Below, one piece after another: positions 47,086 through 58,508 of a DNA stretch of 64,000 bases. Positions within the stretch are counted from its first letter, which is position 1. Each line of letters begins with the position of its first letter. Made by a program: the position numbers and the translations under genes. Source of the stretch: Alphaproteobacteria bacterium (GTDB lineage: Bacteria > Pseudomonadota > Alphaproteobacteria > UBA828); NCBI GenBank assembly GCA_965237415.1, contig CBDEFM010000002.1, forward strand, positions 1,984,001-2,048,000, written 5' to 3'. The notes under the pieces were generated by a model. That model saw only the letters and a program-made list of their open reading frames with translations. It was not told the DNA's origin and did not search any database.

Positions 47086-48929
47086 TGGGTTTGTTCTCGC
47101 GCCGGAAAACGGTTTTCGTGGACGCGGATGTCCTGGTCGTCGGCGGTGGCATGGCCGGCTGCGGGGCGACCTACGAAGCCGGGTACTGGGGACGCGACCT
47201 GAAAGTGGTCTGCGTCGAGAAGGCGAACATCGAGCGCAGCGGCGCCGTGGCCCAGGGCCTCTATGCGATCAACTGCTACATGGGCATGCAGTGGAACGAG
47301 AACCAGCCCGAGGACCATGTCCGCTACGCCCGGAACGACCTCATGGGTCTGGTGCGGGAGGACCTGGGCTACGACATCGCACGCCACGTCGACTCCACGG
47401 TGCACAAGTTCGAGGAGTGGGGCCTTCCTATGATGAAGGACCCGGAAACCGGGCGCTATCAGCGCGAAGGCAAGTGGCAGATCATGATCCACGGCGAGAG
47501 CTACAAGCCGATCGTCGCCGAGGCCGCCCGCAAGGCCGCCACCGAAGTCTACAACCGGATCATGGTGACCCACCTGCTGATGGACCGGACGAAGCCCAAC
47601 CGCGTCGCAGGCGCCGTCGGGTTCAACGTCCGTAGCGGGGATTTCCACGTCTTCCGCGCAAAGGCCGTCATCGTGTCCGCCGGCGGCGCGTCGCACATCT
47701 TCAAGCCCCGTGCGGTGGGCGAAGGCATGGGGCGAACCTGGTATGCCCCCTGGAGCAGCGCGTCGGCCTATGCGCTGCCGATCCTCGTCGGCGCCAAGAT
47801 GACCCAGATGGAGAACCGGATCGTCCTCACCCGCTTCAAGGACGGCTATGGTCCCGTCGGCGCCTATTTCCTCCATCTCAAGACGTACACCGAGAACGCC
47901 TATGGGGAGGAGTACGAGTCCAAATGGTACGACCAGACCAAGGCGCTGGTCGGGGACTACGTCGACCGGCATCCGGTGCCTACCTGCCTGCGTAACCACG
48001 CCCTCCTGGAGGAGGTCAAGGCCGGCCGGGGGCCCATCCGCATGGTGACGAAGGAGGCCTTCGCCGATCCCCACAAGGAGCAGGTCGGCTGGGAGAATTT
48101 TTTGGGCATGACGATCGGACAGGCGGTCGTCTGGGCGTCTCAAAACATCGATCCCAAGCACACCAATCCGGAGCTGACCACGTCCGAACCCTACGTCATG
48201 GGGTCGCATGCCACGTGCTCGGGCGCCTGGGCGAGCGGTCCGGAAGACTGCGCGCCGGCGGACTACCAGTGGGGATACAACCGGATGATGTCGGTGGACG
48301 GGCTATTCGGCGCCGGCGACACCATCGGCGGCTCCGCCCACAAGTTCTCGTCGGGGTCCTTCACGGAAGGCCGGATCGCCGGAAAGGCGGCGGTCAACTA
48401 CGTCAACGACCTGAAGAGCGAGCAGCCTCAGGTAAGCGAGAAAGAGTACGACGATCTCAAGAAGGTCATCTTCCAGCCCCTGGAGACCTACCGGGTCGGC
48501 CGCAACGAGATCGTCGCGGGAACGGTCTCGCCGAGCTATATGCTGCCGCTTCACGGTCTCCAGCGTCTCGAGAAGATCATGGACGAATATGTCGGCGGTA
48601 TCGGCGCCCATTACACGACGAACGAACCCATGCTCACCCGCGGGCTGGAGCTGCTGGCCATGCTGAAGGAAGACCTCGACTATCTCGGGGCCGAAGACCT
48701 TCACCAGCTTCAGCGGGCGTGGGAGCTGCACCACCGGGTCCTGGCCTCGGAGGCCGTGACGCATCACACGATGTTCAGGACGGAGACGCGGTGGCCGGGA
48801 TACTACTATCGGGCCGATCATCCGACACTGGATGACGCCGATTGGCATTGCTTCACCTTGTCTCGCTACGATCGTGACTCCGGGGAATGGGCTATGGAGA
48901 AGGCCCCCGTCTACCACATCGTCGATTAG
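47085..48929 (+). CDS. aprA: Adenylylsulfate reductase alpha subunit
   Basis: RSGAVAQGL, GKWQIMIHGESYKP, HKFSSGSFTEG; start codon (GTG) uncertain. Confidence 0.97.
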   Translation: MGLFSRRKTVFVDADVLVVGGGMAGCGATYEAGYWGRDLKVVCVEKANIERSGAVAQGLYAINCYMGMQWNENQPEDHVRYARNDLMGLVREDLGYDIARHVDSTVHKFEEWGLPMMKDPETGRYQREGKWQIMIHGESYKPIVAEAARKAATEVYNRIMVTHLLMDRTKPNRVAGAVGFNVRSGDFHVFRAKAVIVSAGGASHIFKPRAVGEGMGRTWYAPWSSASAYALPILVGAKMTQMENRIVLTRFKDGYGPVGAYFLHLKTYTENAYGEEYESKWYDQTKALVGDYVDRHPVPTCLRNHALLEEVKAGRGPIRMVTKEAFADPHKEQVGWENFLGMTIGQAVVWASQNIDPKHTNPELTTSEPYVMGSHATCSGAWASGPEDCAPADYQWGYNRMMSVDGLFGAGDTIGGSAHKFSSGSFTEGRIAGKAAVNYVNDLKSEQPQVSEKEYDDLKKVIFQPLETYRVGRNEIVAGTVSPSYMLPLHGLQRLEKIMDEYVGGIGAHYTTNEPMLTRGLELLAMLKEDLDYLGAEDLHQLQRAWELHHRVLASEAVTHHTMFRTETRWPGYYYRADHPTLDDADWHCFTLSRYDRDSGEWAMEKAPVYHIVD

Positions 48930-48960
48930 CCCGGATTTCTCGCCAGGGTCACGGCCTGCG
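48930..48960 (+). repeat. Solo end of the tpiA-MITE family abutting the aprA stop codon
   Basis: TAG-cccggatttctcgccagggtcacggcctgcg. Confidence 0.75.
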
Positions 48961-48988
48961 CGACGCTGTCCAGCGACGGTGACGCCCC

Positions 48989-50248
48989 ATGTCGACGTTG
49001 ATCGCCCCGCACGGCAACGCCACCCTGAGGCCCCTGCTGCTGCCCGAAGAGGAGCGGGACGAGGCGCTGAAGAGGGCGCGCACCCTGAGAAAGCTGCCGC
49101 TCTCGAGCCGCGAGGTCTCGGACCTCTTCATGCTCGCCATGGGCGCCTACACGCCGCTTGCGGGCTTCATGGGCGCGGCCGACTGGCGCGGCGCGTGCCG
49201 CGAGATGCGCCTGGAGAACGGGCTTTTTTGGCCCCTCCCCGTCACCCTCTCCTGCGGCGAGGACTTCGCCGCCGTCGTCGGCGACGAGGTGGCGTTGACG
49301 GGCGAAGGCGGGGAGATCCTGGGTGTCCTCGCGGTCAGCGAGACATACGCCATCGACAAGGACCTCGAATACCGTGAGGTCTACCGCACCGCCGACGAGG
49401 CCCACCCGGGTGTCGCCAAGGTCATGGCGCAGGGCTCCGTCAACCTGGCGGGCCCGGTCTCGGTCCTCTCCGAGGGCCACTTTCCCGAGACCTACCAGGG
49501 GCTTTACCTGCGCCCCGCCGAAACCCGGGCGCTGTTCGCCAAGAAGGGCTGGTCCACGGTCGCCGCCTTCCAGACCCGCAACCCCATGCACCGCAGTCAC
49601 GAGTTTCTCGCCAAGGTCGCCATCGAGGTGTGCGACGGGGTGCTCATTCACCAGGTCCTGGGCGCGCTCAAGCAAGGCGACATCCCGGCCGATGTCCGGG
49701 TCCGCGCCATCGACTGGCTGGTCGCCAACCACTTCGCGGAAGGACGGGTGATCCAGGCCGGCTACCCCATCGAGATGCGCTATGCCGGCCCGCGGGAGGC
49801 GCTGTTGCACGCCCTCTTCCGCCAGAATTTTGGGTGCTCGCACCTGGTGGTGGGGCGCGACCATGCCGGGCTCGGCGACTACTACGGGCCCTACGACGCC
49901 CACCGCATATTCGACGAGATCGGCGCCGACAGCCTTGCCATCCGGCCGCTCAAGATCGACGACACGTTCTATTGCTTCGACTGCCGGGGCATGGCGACGG
50001 GGAACGTGTGCTTCGCCGCCGACGGCGGGAAGGGGCGGCCCGGCGAGGAGGAGCGCTATCGCATGGTGGCAGCGGTGGCGACGGGCAGCGCCGAGGGCCG
50101 GCCCTGCCGCCACGACGACGATGGGAAGCTCCGCATCTCGGGCACCCGGCTGCGCGAGATGTTCGCGGGCGGCGAGGCGATCCCGCCCGAATTCAGCCGC
50201 GATGGCGTGCTCGCCATCCTCCAGGCCTATTACGACGGCACCCCGTGA
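48989..50248 (+). CDS. sat: Sulfate adenylyltransferase (ATP sulfurylase)
   Basis: FQTRNPMHRSHE, MRYAGPREA, VGRDHAG, ISGTRLR. Confidence 0.97.
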   Translation: MSTLIAPHGNATLRPLLLPEEERDEALKRARTLRKLPLSSREVSDLFMLAMGAYTPLAGFMGAADWRGACREMRLENGLFWPLPVTLSCGEDFAAVVGDEVALTGEGGEILGVLAVSETYAIDKDLEYREVYRTADEAHPGVAKVMAQGSVNLAGPVSVLSEGHFPETYQGLYLRPAETRALFAKKGWSTVAAFQTRNPMHRSHEFLAKVAIEVCDGVLIHQVLGALKQGDIPADVRVRAIDWLVANHFAEGRVIQAGYPIEMRYAGPREALLHALFRQNFGCSHLVVGRDHAGLGDYYGPYDAHRIFDEIGADSLAIRPLKIDDTFYCFDCRGMATGNVCFAADGGKGRPGEEERYRMVAAVATGSAEGRPCRHDDDGKLRISGTRLREMFAGGEAIPPEFSRDGVLAILQAYYDGTP

Positions 50249-50323
50249 CGCTCTATTATGAATGGCGATGAAAACGGGTACGCGCGCGGCTGACACGCGC
50301 TGCGGGGCAAGCGGAGGAACATC

Positions 50324-51232
50324 ATGGCGGATACATCTTCAGGCGGGCGCGATCTCGTGGGTTACGGCGCCAACCCACCGGCAGTCCCCTGGCCTAATGG
50401 GGCGCGCTTGGCCGTCTCGGTGGTCGTCAACTACGAGGAAGGCTCGGAATACTCGCAGGCCATGGGCGATGCGACCCAAGAGGGACTGACCGAGTTCGGC
50501 AACTATCCGTTGCCCGAGGGCTACCGCAACCTCGCCATGGAATCGATGTTCGAGTACGGCTCCCGCGCCGGCGTCTGGCGCATCCTGCGGCTGTTCGACG
50601 AGACCGGGATCAGGTCCACCTTCTACGCCTGCGCCGTGGCGTTCGAGCAGAACCCGGAGGTCGCCCGTGCGGTCGTCGCCGGCGGGCACGAGGTGTGCAG
50701 CCACGGCTACCGCTGGGAGGAGGTGTTCCGCCTCTCGCGGGAGGAAGAGCGCGAGCACATCCGGCTTGCGGTCGAATCCTTCGAGCGCACCTGCGGCAAG
50801 CGGCCGGTGGGCTGGTACTGCCGCTTCGGCCCCTCGGTCCACACCCGCGAGCTGGTCGTGGAGGAAGGCGGCTTCCTCTACGATTCGGACGCCTACAACG
50901 ACGACCTGCCCTACTTCGTGGAGGTCTCTGGCAAGCGCCACCTAATCGTGCCCTACACGCCCGATGCCAACGACTTCTGCTTCTGGACGGCGCCAGGCTT
51001 CATCACCGCCGATCACTTCCACCAGTATCTCAGGGACAGCTTCGATACGCTCTACGCGGAATCGGCGACCACGCCGAAGATGATGTCCATCGGGCTGCAC
51101 GCCCGCATGATCGGCCGCCCCGGCCGGATAGCGGGGCTCGCCCGCTTCATCGAGCACGCCCAAGCGCACGAGGGCGTCTGGTTCGCAACCCGCGAAGAAA
51201 TCGCCCGCCACTGGCTCGCGGTAGCGGGATAA
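50324..51232 (+). CDS. PuuE allantoinase/polysaccharide deacetylase-family protein
   Basis: VNYEEG, EYGSRAGVWR, SHGYRW, SIGLHAR..GRPGR. Confidence 0.88.
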   Translation: MADTSSGGRDLVGYGANPPAVPWPNGARLAVSVVVNYEEGSEYSQAMGDATQEGLTEFGNYPLPEGYRNLAMESMFEYGSRAGVWRILRLFDETGIRSTFYACAVAFEQNPEVARAVVAGGHEVCSHGYRWEEVFRLSREEEREHIRLAVESFERTCGKRPVGWYCRFGPSVHTRELVVEEGGFLYDSDAYNDDLPYFVEVSGKRHLIVPYTPDANDFCFWTAPGFITADHFHQYLRDSFDTLYAESATTPKMMSIGLHARMIGRPGRIAGLARFIEHAQAHEGVWFATREEIARHWLAVAG

Positions 51233-51243
51233 GGGGGTCAGGC

Positions 51244-51420
51244 GGTAGTGACTCAGTTTGAAATCCATATGCCGGAACGGCATCCGGCGCGAGGCCAGCC
51301 CAGGATTGGGTTGACAAGGCCGTCACGATGAGGATGCTGCGCGCCTTCGCCGAGCGCACAATGGCGTGAGGCTGCTTGAGCGCGCTGAAGAGGCGGAATA
51401 CCATTACCATGTACGACATA
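51244..51420 (-). mobile_element. Remnant of an IS1-like element (terminus plus decayed, internally deleted transposase)
   Basis: GGTAGTGACTCAGTTTGAAAT terminus encoding ...ISN*; degenerate N-terminal-like CALGEGA segment. Confidence 0.55.
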
Positions 51421-51537
51421 GGAGGTGAGGGGCTGCAACCCCACGCCTCGGGATCAGAGACAGGGCAAGGAAGGGAGTATGCACATGGCCATCATCGATG
51501 GGAGCGGATGACTGCCCAGCACGGAACGACACTAGTC

Positions 51538-51767
51538 GTGCCGAAAGGGCAAAGAGGTGAGCGGCGCTCGGGCGACGTGATCGGGTGTGCCGTGAATGTC
51601 GCTAAGGTTGCTACCGGCGAAGTCGAAGACACACGCTACGTTCAGCCTAACAAGGTGCGAGCCGGCCGGGCCGGCGCGCGCGCGCATGCGCATCGTCAAC
51701 TACGCCAGATGAGCGCAGCGCGATCTCGCGCGCCCCGTCGGCAGCACGCTGGGGAGACGCGAAATGA
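51538..51767 (+). pseudogene. Frameshifted small basic protein of the type found beside IS1-like transposases
   Basis: PKGQRGERRSGDVIGCAVNVAKVATGEVED, then ...TPDERSAISRAPSAARWGDAK* in a shifted frame. Confidence 0.65.
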
Positions 51768-52090
51768 GAGGCACGCAGGACGCGACAAACGGGGACGCGC
51801 AAAAGCTGCGCGTTGTCGTGTTCCAGGAAGATGGCTACTGGCTGGCACAATGCATCGAGCATGACATAGGCGCGCAAGGGAAGACCTTTCGTGACATGGC
51901 CATGCACTTTGCGTTGACAGCGGCCCTCGATCTTGAAGAGAGCGTGAATCGGCATGGGGAGCCCTTTGCGGGCATCGATCCTGCTCCCGCCTATTTCGAG
52001 AAGATGTGGGAGCAGCGCGCAAGCACACTCGAACCGATCCTAGAGACTGAGGCGGCGTCGCCTGATTATGAAATGGCTCTCGTGGCCTAG
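51764..52090 (+). CDS. HicB-like antitoxin
   Basis: LRVVVFQEDGYWLAQCIEHDIGAQGKT resembles the HicB N-terminal fold. Confidence 0.6.
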   Translation: MRGTQDATNGDAQKLRVVVFQEDGYWLAQCIEHDIGAQGKTFRDMAMHFALTAALDLEESVNRHGEPFAGIDPAPAYFEKMWEQRASTLEPILETEAASPDYEMALVA

Positions 52091-52162
52091 GGGACGAGGG
52101 CATGGCTTTTCCATTCGTGATTATCCCCTTGACATAAGAACGCCGCCGAGCATACTTACTGA

Positions 52163-52705
52163 ATGGGAAAATGGATCAGGCCTGTCATCGGTTTGGTTGG
52201 GCTTATTGAAGCCCTTGGGGCAGGTTACGAGTATGTACGGCTTATCGCCACGGGCGGTGTGTCGATGATCGGGTCTACTATCACAATCGGACCGGCTGTT
52301 TGGTTTGCTTTGGCTGGCGGAGGTATAGCGATCGTGTCTTGGGCCAGTTGGCACACTATAAGGTGGGCGATGAAATGGGCTACAGACTTATTCTCACCAA
52401 GTCGACAACTTGCCAATTTGCATAATGAAATCGAAAACGAGCTTAAGGCGTCTACAGGAATGCACAGAGGCGCCCCTTCTAGGATTGCTCAATCAAGAGC
52501 AGTGCGTGAAGCCTTAGCGTTCAAACTCTATGCGCTCAACATACCGGCGCCTCAGCCAGCTACAACAGACAATAATTGGTGCCGCTATTTGTCCTTGCTG
52601 TTAGGCTTTGCCAAAACTGGCAGAATCGAAGCAGCAAGACGGATAGGAGTTAGGGGGCAGAAGTGGTCACTTAATAACGACCAGGAAACAACCAATGATA
52701 ACTGA
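52163..52705 (+). CDS. Hypothetical membrane protein, IS1595 passenger
   Basis: Low-GC ORF with two hydrophobic segments inside the IS ends; TTGACA-N16-CATACT upstream. Confidence 0.65.
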   Translation: MGKWIRPVIGLVGLIEALGAGYEYVRLIATGGVSMIGSTITIGPAVWFALAGGGIAIVSWASWHTIRWAMKWATDLFSPSRQLANLHNEIENELKASTGMHRGAPSRIAQSRAVREALAFKLYALNIPAPQPATTDNNWCRYLSLLLGFAKTGRIEAARRIGVRGQKWSLNNDQETTNDN

Positions 52706-52913
52706 CAGTACAAAACGCTTCGACGCCCTACTCCGTGCGATGGTGATTAAAGGTTCGCCACCAGATCGCCGAAAATCGCGGCGGGTCGCTTCCGCCGGTT
52801 GTAGCGATACTCAAACTCCTTCACGTACTTTGACAGGTGCTTCCCCGAAACGTGAACGTGAGTCCCACGAATCGACAACTTCAGACGCGCCCAAAAGCCC
52901 TCAAGGCCGTTGA
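52695..52913 (+). CDS. Small hypothetical protein overlapping the transposase 3' end
   Basis: RBS aggaaa; KRFDALLRAMV-type peptide; mostly antisense to the transposase. Confidence 0.35.
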   Translation: MITDSTKRFDALLRAMVIKGSPPDRRKSRRVASAGCSDTQTPSRTLTGASPKRERESHESTTSDAPKSPQGR

Positions 52914-53601
52914 CGTGACTATCGCCACTCACGTACTCACCCAGCCCATGATTGACCGTCTCATGCCTGTAGCCGGCCCGGTCGAGACCGCTGTAGGAAC
53001 CAAGCTCGTCGGTGTGGACGATGCTGCCCGGCTCGACATTCTCTTCGATGATGGGATGCAGTGTCCGCTTGCGGACGTTGGGAACGACGTTCGCCATAAT
53101 GTCGCCGCCGCGCTCCAACATCCCGAAGACGATGGTTTTGTTCGGGGCGCCGCGTCCACGCTTGCCGCCGGAGCGCTTACCACCGACATAGGTTTCGTCG
53201 GCTTCAACGGCGCCGCCCAGCGGGGTCTCGCCATCTACTTTGGCCATGAACTTGCGAATTTCGTGCGCCATACGCCACGCGCACTTGTAAGTAACGCCAA
53301 GCTCCCGCTGAAGTTCTTTGGCGGGCACGCCGTGTCGAGAATTGGCGAACAGATGCATGGCGTAGAACCACTTGTGAAGCGGCGTCCGCGAGCGCTCCAT
53401 AGGCGTGCCAACGGTAGGATGCAGATGGTGCCCGCAGTGCTGGCATACATACCCGCGCTCCTTGGTCATGCGGTAGAACTTCCCGTACTCGTCGCACTTC
53501 GGGCAATCAAGCTCGGTGCCGCCGTAGCGCTCGACCATGATGCGCCGTAGGCACGCTTCGTCGTCCGGGAACTGACGTTGGAACTCGTAGAATGTTGTCA
53601 T
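52747..53601 (-). CDS. IS1595 transposase
   Basis: Zn ribbon CPKC...CQHC, HTH, VEADETYVGG, VHTDE, HVNGLEGFW, EFEYRYN. Confidence 0.96.
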   Translation of the reverse strand: MTTFYEFQRQFPDDEACLRRIMVERYGGTELDCPKCDEYGKFYRMTKERGYVCQHCGHHLHPTVGTPMERSRTPLHKWFYAMHLFANSRHGVPAKELQRELGVTYKCAWRMAHEIRKFMAKVDGETPLGGAVEADETYVGGKRSGGKRGRGAPNKTIVFGMLERGGDIMANVVPNVRKRTLHPIIEENVEPGSIVHTDELGSYSGLDRAGYRHETVNHGLGEYVSGDSHVNGLEGFWARLKLSIRGTHVHVSGKHLSKYVKEFEYRYNRRKRPAAIFGDLVANL

Positions 53602-53620
53602 GGCGACCTCCTATGCTCTG

Positions 53621-53649
53621 AATATAGGGAGTCGCGCCCCTTATGTCAA
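53621..53649 (-). promoter_or_regulatory. Sigma70-like transposase promoter with its -35 in the terminal IR
   Basis: TTGACA-N17-TATATT on the minus strand. Confidence 0.65.
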
Positions 53650-53950
53650 GGGGATAATCGCGTTTCCATTTGGTGGACATCCAACGTTTGGTCAATACAT
53701 CGAATGGGCACGCAGCTGTGGATGCAGCATTGAGCAAGGCTATACGAATGGTCCCGAGGGAGAGCCATATAGTGTGACAAAGATAACGTCGCCAGATGGA
53801 AGTCGCTGGCTGCACGACGTGGGAACACAGCACAGCGACTTTTTGGTTCCAACAACGATATCAAGGTTTGATCGTCGGCTCGGCCTTACTTCGCCATTTT
53901 TTGCCATCAACCCAGATACGGGAGAGACGACAGGCTCATAGTGATAGAGC

Positions 53951-55721
<1,771 letters not shown>

Positions 55722-55744
55722 GGACTGACCTTGCCGGCCGGGCT

Positions 55745-57538
55745 CTAGTAAACCCGGGCCTTGAGAGGAATGGTCTCGACCTCGTTGCTCAGCGTCTGCA
55801 TGTGCACCGGGCGGTAGTCGAGCCGGGGCGTGCCGTCGTCGTCGAGCCAGACGACGGTGTGCTTCAGCCACTTGTCGTCGTCGCGGTCAGGAAAGTCCTC
55901 GCGCGCATGGGCGCCGCGGCTTTCCTCGCGCTTGAGCGCCGAGTGCAGCGTGACGCTCGCCTGGCGCATCAGATTGTCGAGCTCGATGGTCTCGGCGAGG
56001 TCGGAGTTCCAGATGAGCGAGCGATCGGCGACGCCGATGTCGTTGCGGAACCCGTCCCAGACGCCGGCCAGCTTGCGCGCGCCCTCCTCCATGATCTCCT
56101 GGGTGCGGAAGACCCCTGCGTGCTCCTGCATGGTCCGCTGCATGTCGAGGCGGATGGCGGCCGTGGGCGTCGCGCCCTTGGCGTGGCGCAGCCCATCGAA
56201 CCAGGCGAGGCTCTTGTCGAGCACGCCGTTCCGCATCGGCTTGTGCGGCGCGCCGGCCTCGACGATCTCGGCGCAGCGCTGCGCCGCCGCATGGCCGAAG
56301 ACGACGAGGTCGAGCAGCGAGTTCGACCCCAGCCGGTTGGCGCCGTGCACCGAGACGCACGCTGCCTCCCCCACCGTCATCAGGCCGGGAACCACGGAAT
56401 TCGGGTCGCCGTCCCTCAGCGTCACCGTCTCGCCGGTGTAAACGCAGGGAATGCCGCCCATGTTGTAGTGGACGGTCGGGATCACCGGGATCGGCTCCTT
56501 GGAGGCATCGACCCCGGCGAAGATACGGGCTGTCTCGGTAATGCCCGGCAGCCGCTCGTTCAGGACCTCGGCGCTGAGATGGTCCATCTTCAGGTGCATA
56601 TGGTCCTTCTCAGGCCCGACACCGCGGCCTTCGCGGATCTCCATGGTGATCGCGCGGCTCACCACGTCGCGCGAGGCAAGGTCCTTGGCGTTGGGCGCAT
56701 AGCGCTCCATGAAGCGCTCGCCCTCGGAATTGATCAGGTAGCCGCCTTCGCCCCGCGCACCTTCGCTCATCAGGCAGCCGGAGCCGTAGATGCCGGTCGG
56801 GTGGAACTGCACGAACTCCATGTCCTGCAGCGGCAGCCCGGCCCGCAGCACCATGGCGTTGCCGTCGCCCGTGCAGGTGTGGGCCGAAGTCGCGGAGAAA
56901 AAAGCGCGCCCGTAGCCGCCTGTCGCCAGGATCACCATGTGTGCGCGGAAGAGGTGCAGCGTGCCGTCGTCGAGGTTCCAGGCGAGCACGCCCTGGCAGG
57001 CGCCCTCCTCGTCCATCACCAGGTCGAGGGCGAAATACTCGATGAAGAACGCCGCCTTGTGGCGGAGCGACTGCTGGTAAAGCGTGTGCAGGATGGCATG
57101 GCCGGTGCGGTCGGCGGCGGCGCAGGTGCGGTGCGCCTGCTTCTCGCCGTAGTTGAGGGACATACCGCCGAAGGCGCGCTGGTAGATCTTGCCGTCGGGC
57201 GTGCGCGAGAAGGGCACGCCGTAGTGCTCGAGCTCGATGACCGCCCTGGGTCCCTCCTTGCAGAGGTACTCGATCGCGTCCTGATCGCCGAGCCAGTCCG
57301 ACCCCTTGACGGTGTCGTACATGTGCCAGCGCCAGTCGTCCTCCTCCATGTTGCCGAGCGCCGCCGAAATGCCGCCCTGGGCGGCCACCGTATGGCTGCG
57401 GGTGGGGAAGAGCTTGCTGATGCAAGCGGTCTGCAGCCCGGCCTCGGCGAGGCCCAGAGTCGCGCGCAGGCCGGCGCCGCCGGCGCCCACCACCACCACG
57501 TCGTCGTGGTGCTCGGCAATCGGGTAGGCAACGGTCAT
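55745..57538 (-). CDS. sdhA: Succinate dehydrogenase flavoprotein
   Basis: [33 protein letters not shown]. Confidence 0.99.
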   Translation of the reverse strand: MTVAYPIAEHHDDVVVVGAGGAGLRATLGLAEAGLQTACISKLFPTRSHTVAAQGGISAALGNMEEDDWRWHMYDTVKGSDWLGDQDAIEYLCKEGPRAVIELEHYGVPFSRTPDGKIYQRAFGGMSLNYGEKQAHRTCAAADRTGHAILHTLYQQSLRHKAAFFIEYFALDLVMDEEGACQGVLAWNLDDGTLHLFRAHMVILATGGYGRAFFSATSAHTCTGDGNAMVLRAGLPLQDMEFVQFHPTGIYGSGCLMSEGARGEGGYLINSEGERFMERYAPNAKDLASRDVVSRAITMEIREGRGVGPEKDHMHLKMDHLSAEVLNERLPGITETARIFAGVDASKEPIPVIPTVHYNMGGIPCVYTGETVTLRDGDPNSVVPGLMTVGEAACVSVHGANRLGSNSLLDLVVFGHAAAQRCAEIVEAGAPHKPMRNGVLDKSLAWFDGLRHAKGATPTAAIRLDMQRTMQEHAGVFRTQEIMEEGARKLAGVWDGFRNDIGVADRSLIWNSDLAETIELDNLMRQASVTLHSALKREESRGAHAREDFPDRDDDKWLKHTVVWLDDDGTPRLDYRPVHMQTLSNEVETIPLKARVY

Positions 57539-57542
57539 GCGC

Positions 57543-57926
57543 TCACCCTCCCACCGCGATCACGATCACGGAATAGAGCGCGGTGAGGCCGAGCAGGAGG
57601 CACAGCAGCGTGTTGAGGATCAGCAGCACCCACTTGCACTTGCCGTGCACATAGTCCTCGATCACCACCTGAAGGCCGAGCTTCAGGTGATAGAAGGTGG
57701 CGCCGAGGAAGAGCAGCATCAGCACAGCCGCGACCGGGCCGGAGAGCCAGTCGACGAAGGCGTCGCGATCCGCGCCGCCCGCCACGATCGACCAGAGCGA
57801 GCCCACGAACCAGAGCGAGAGCGGCACCAGCAGGATCGCCGTCAGCCGCTGCCACCACCAGTGGTTGACCCCCTCTTTCGCGGAGCCCAGATGGCGCACC
57901 TTGGCGAGCGGTGTCTGCAATGCCAT
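57543..57926 (-). CDS. sdhD: Succinate dehydrogenase membrane anchor
   Basis: [23 protein letters not shown]. Confidence 0.95.
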   Translation of the reverse strand: MALQTPLAKVRHLGSAKEGVNHWWWQRLTAILLVPLSLWFVGSLWSIVAGGADRDAFVDWLSGPVAAVLMLLFLGATFYHLKLGLQVVIEDYVHGKCKWVLLILNTLLCLLLGLTALYSVIVIAVGG

Positions 57927-57934
57927 GGCGCCCC

Positions 57935-58351
57935 TCAGCCGGCGAGGTTGCAGGCGAGGCCGAGGCCCCAGGAGAGCCCGGTCAGAACGAACGAGGCCAC
58001 GACCACAGCGGTGCCCGAGGCGTAGGTCTGGCGGAGCGAGAGGCACAGGCCGGCATCCCAGAACAGGTGCCGGATGCCGTTGCACAGGTGATAGAAGAGG
58101 CACCAGGACCAGGCCGCCAGCAGCGCGTAGCCGAGCCACGACGTCAGGAACCACTCGGTCCAGGCGTAGTAGCGCTCGCCTGCGGCGGCGGTCAGCAGCC
58201 AGGCGCACAGCATCGCCGCGCCGGACGCCAGAATCACGCCGGTCATGCGGTGCAGGATGGAGAGCACCGAGGTGAGCTGCGGGCGATAGATGGTGAGGTG
58301 GGGCGAGATCGGTCGCGCGCGAACGCCGCTGCCGCTCGATTGCTCTGCCAC
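57935..58351 (-). CDS. sdhC: Succinate dehydrogenase cytochrome b556 subunit
   Basis: RPISPHLTIY, SILHRMTG, HLCNGIRHLFWD. Confidence 0.95.
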   Translation of the reverse strand: MAEQSSGSGVRARPISPHLTIYRPQLTSVLSILHRMTGVILASGAAMLCAWLLTAAAGERYYAWTEWFLTSWLGYALLAAWSWCLFYHLCNGIRHLFWDAGLCLSLRQTYASGTAVVVASFVLTGLSWGLGLACNLAG

Positions 58352-58508
58352 GAATTCACCTCTGAGATCCGGCCCTTGGACGGGCCGCGCCACCATCCGC
58401 GATTTAGCCCCGGAGGCGGAACCGAGTCAACATGGGCGCGCGACGCTGCCGGCCAGCGACCCCCCTGCTCCTTGCGTAGGCGGTCCGACGGGATACTCTG
58501 CAGGGCCC

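Larger units (their letters stand above)
52116..53662 (-). mobile_element. IS1595-family element with passenger genes (1547 bp)
   Basis: 23-bp terminal IR cg(t/c)gattatccccttgacataag; 8-bp TSD tttccatt at 52108-52115 and 53663-53670. Confidence 0.95.
52102..53941 (+). pseudogene. 94-aa gene (HicA-like fold suspected) split by IS1595; parts 52102-52115 and 53671-53941
   Basis: Removing the IS and one TSD copy gives MAFPFGGHPTFGQYIEWARSCGC...PTTISRFDRRLGL; RBS gaggg before 52102. Confidence 0.75.

Noticed and set aside
44196-48960. Composite transposon of MITE ends carrying ccp-aprMBA
   Set aside because: The CTAA/TTAG target sides of both ends face the genes, so the block is flanking DNA rather than cargo.
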